A DNA stretch of 64,000 bases, taken from Balanoglossus misakiensis. Lineage: Eukaryota > Animalia > Hemichordata. Shown piece by piece: positions 63,311 through 64,000 of the stretch. Each line of letters starts with the position of its first letter. The first letter of the stretch is position 1. Below the pieces are notes generated by a model. That model saw nothing but the letters and a program-made list of their open reading frames with translations. It ran no database searches and was not told the DNA's origin. Made by a program: the position numbers and the translations under genes. Location of the stretch: NCBI GenBank assembly GCA_040954595.2, contig CM082598.2, positions 4,352,997 through 4,416,996 on the forward strand, read 5' to 3'.

Positions 63311-64000
63311 TCAGATGACAAAGAAAAAACTGAACACCAAAACAAACTGTAGACAGAACTCTAAATTTATTCCCTACGTCTGCTAGAAGTGCAATTATTG
63401 AAGATTTATCTCAACATTTCCTACTTCTACTACATTTGTAGTAAAAAGAAACACAAATAAAAAACGCACAATTTAGAGGGTTGCCTTGGCCTTAAAAGGG
63501 GAACTAACCAGGAGCATTATGGTACATGTATTTGTAATGTTGGTCTTCCTATCATTGTTAGCACAATACTCTGCATTTTGCCCAAATTAAATGAGACGGT
63601 TGCTCTTTTTGACCTTATTTGAGATTTCTTTGCATAAAGTTTCTATTACAAAATTATGACAAGTACATTCAATATTCCATTTTGCCGTATGTATGGAGAA
63701 AAACTTTGTTTGTTACTACTTCTGGATGAAATCTTCAATTCCATTTTTACTTGAATTTCCAATGCAAATCAAAATTTCCGCAAAGTATAAAATCAGACAT
63801 GATATGAGCCTATATGCAGAAATTTAAATTTTTGGTAGGACTTAGAATTTTTCACTGAACGTTTATTACAATTTGTGTCAAGTTGACAAAAATCAAGCAG
63901 GCTAAAACTAATCAAAATTTACCAAGAAAGGTCAAAAGAGCCACACCGTCCCTTTAATACTGTAAGACAATTTCTTCTGTGTTGTGCTGACACTTATGAT

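Overview
Intron-rich, microsatellite-rich animal genomic DNA. It is probably a marine invertebrate deuterostome such as an acorn worm or echinoderm, which is an inference from gene content only. Gene models were assembled by hand from splice sites and frame continuity. From left to right: two tandem 4-exon genes for a double dimeric alpha/beta-barrel (ABM-like) protein; an ADA2/CECR1-family deaminase with an intact metal/catalytic core, remodelled substrate-contact residues, a GPI-like tail and a GC-AG intron; five secreted C-type lectin paralogs (EPN, EPN, EPN, QPD, EPD) with micro-exons; three small secreted disulfide-peptide precursor genes between lectins 2 and 3, which the ORF track largely misses; a CARD-only gene; a C11orf96 homolog; the 3' four exons of a Drosophila-type cryptochrome with no N-terminal exons in the window; and a repeat-dense right end (foldback array, satellites, TTAA MITEs, LINE tail). 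The peptide block is the best candidate for an undescribed system. One gene ends in an allatostatin-C-like ring (CWKKPWSC). Two paralogs share a signal peptide but have unrelated amidation-ready cores. A copy of the ring-peptide exon sits in an intron of one paralog between 28-bp direct repeats.
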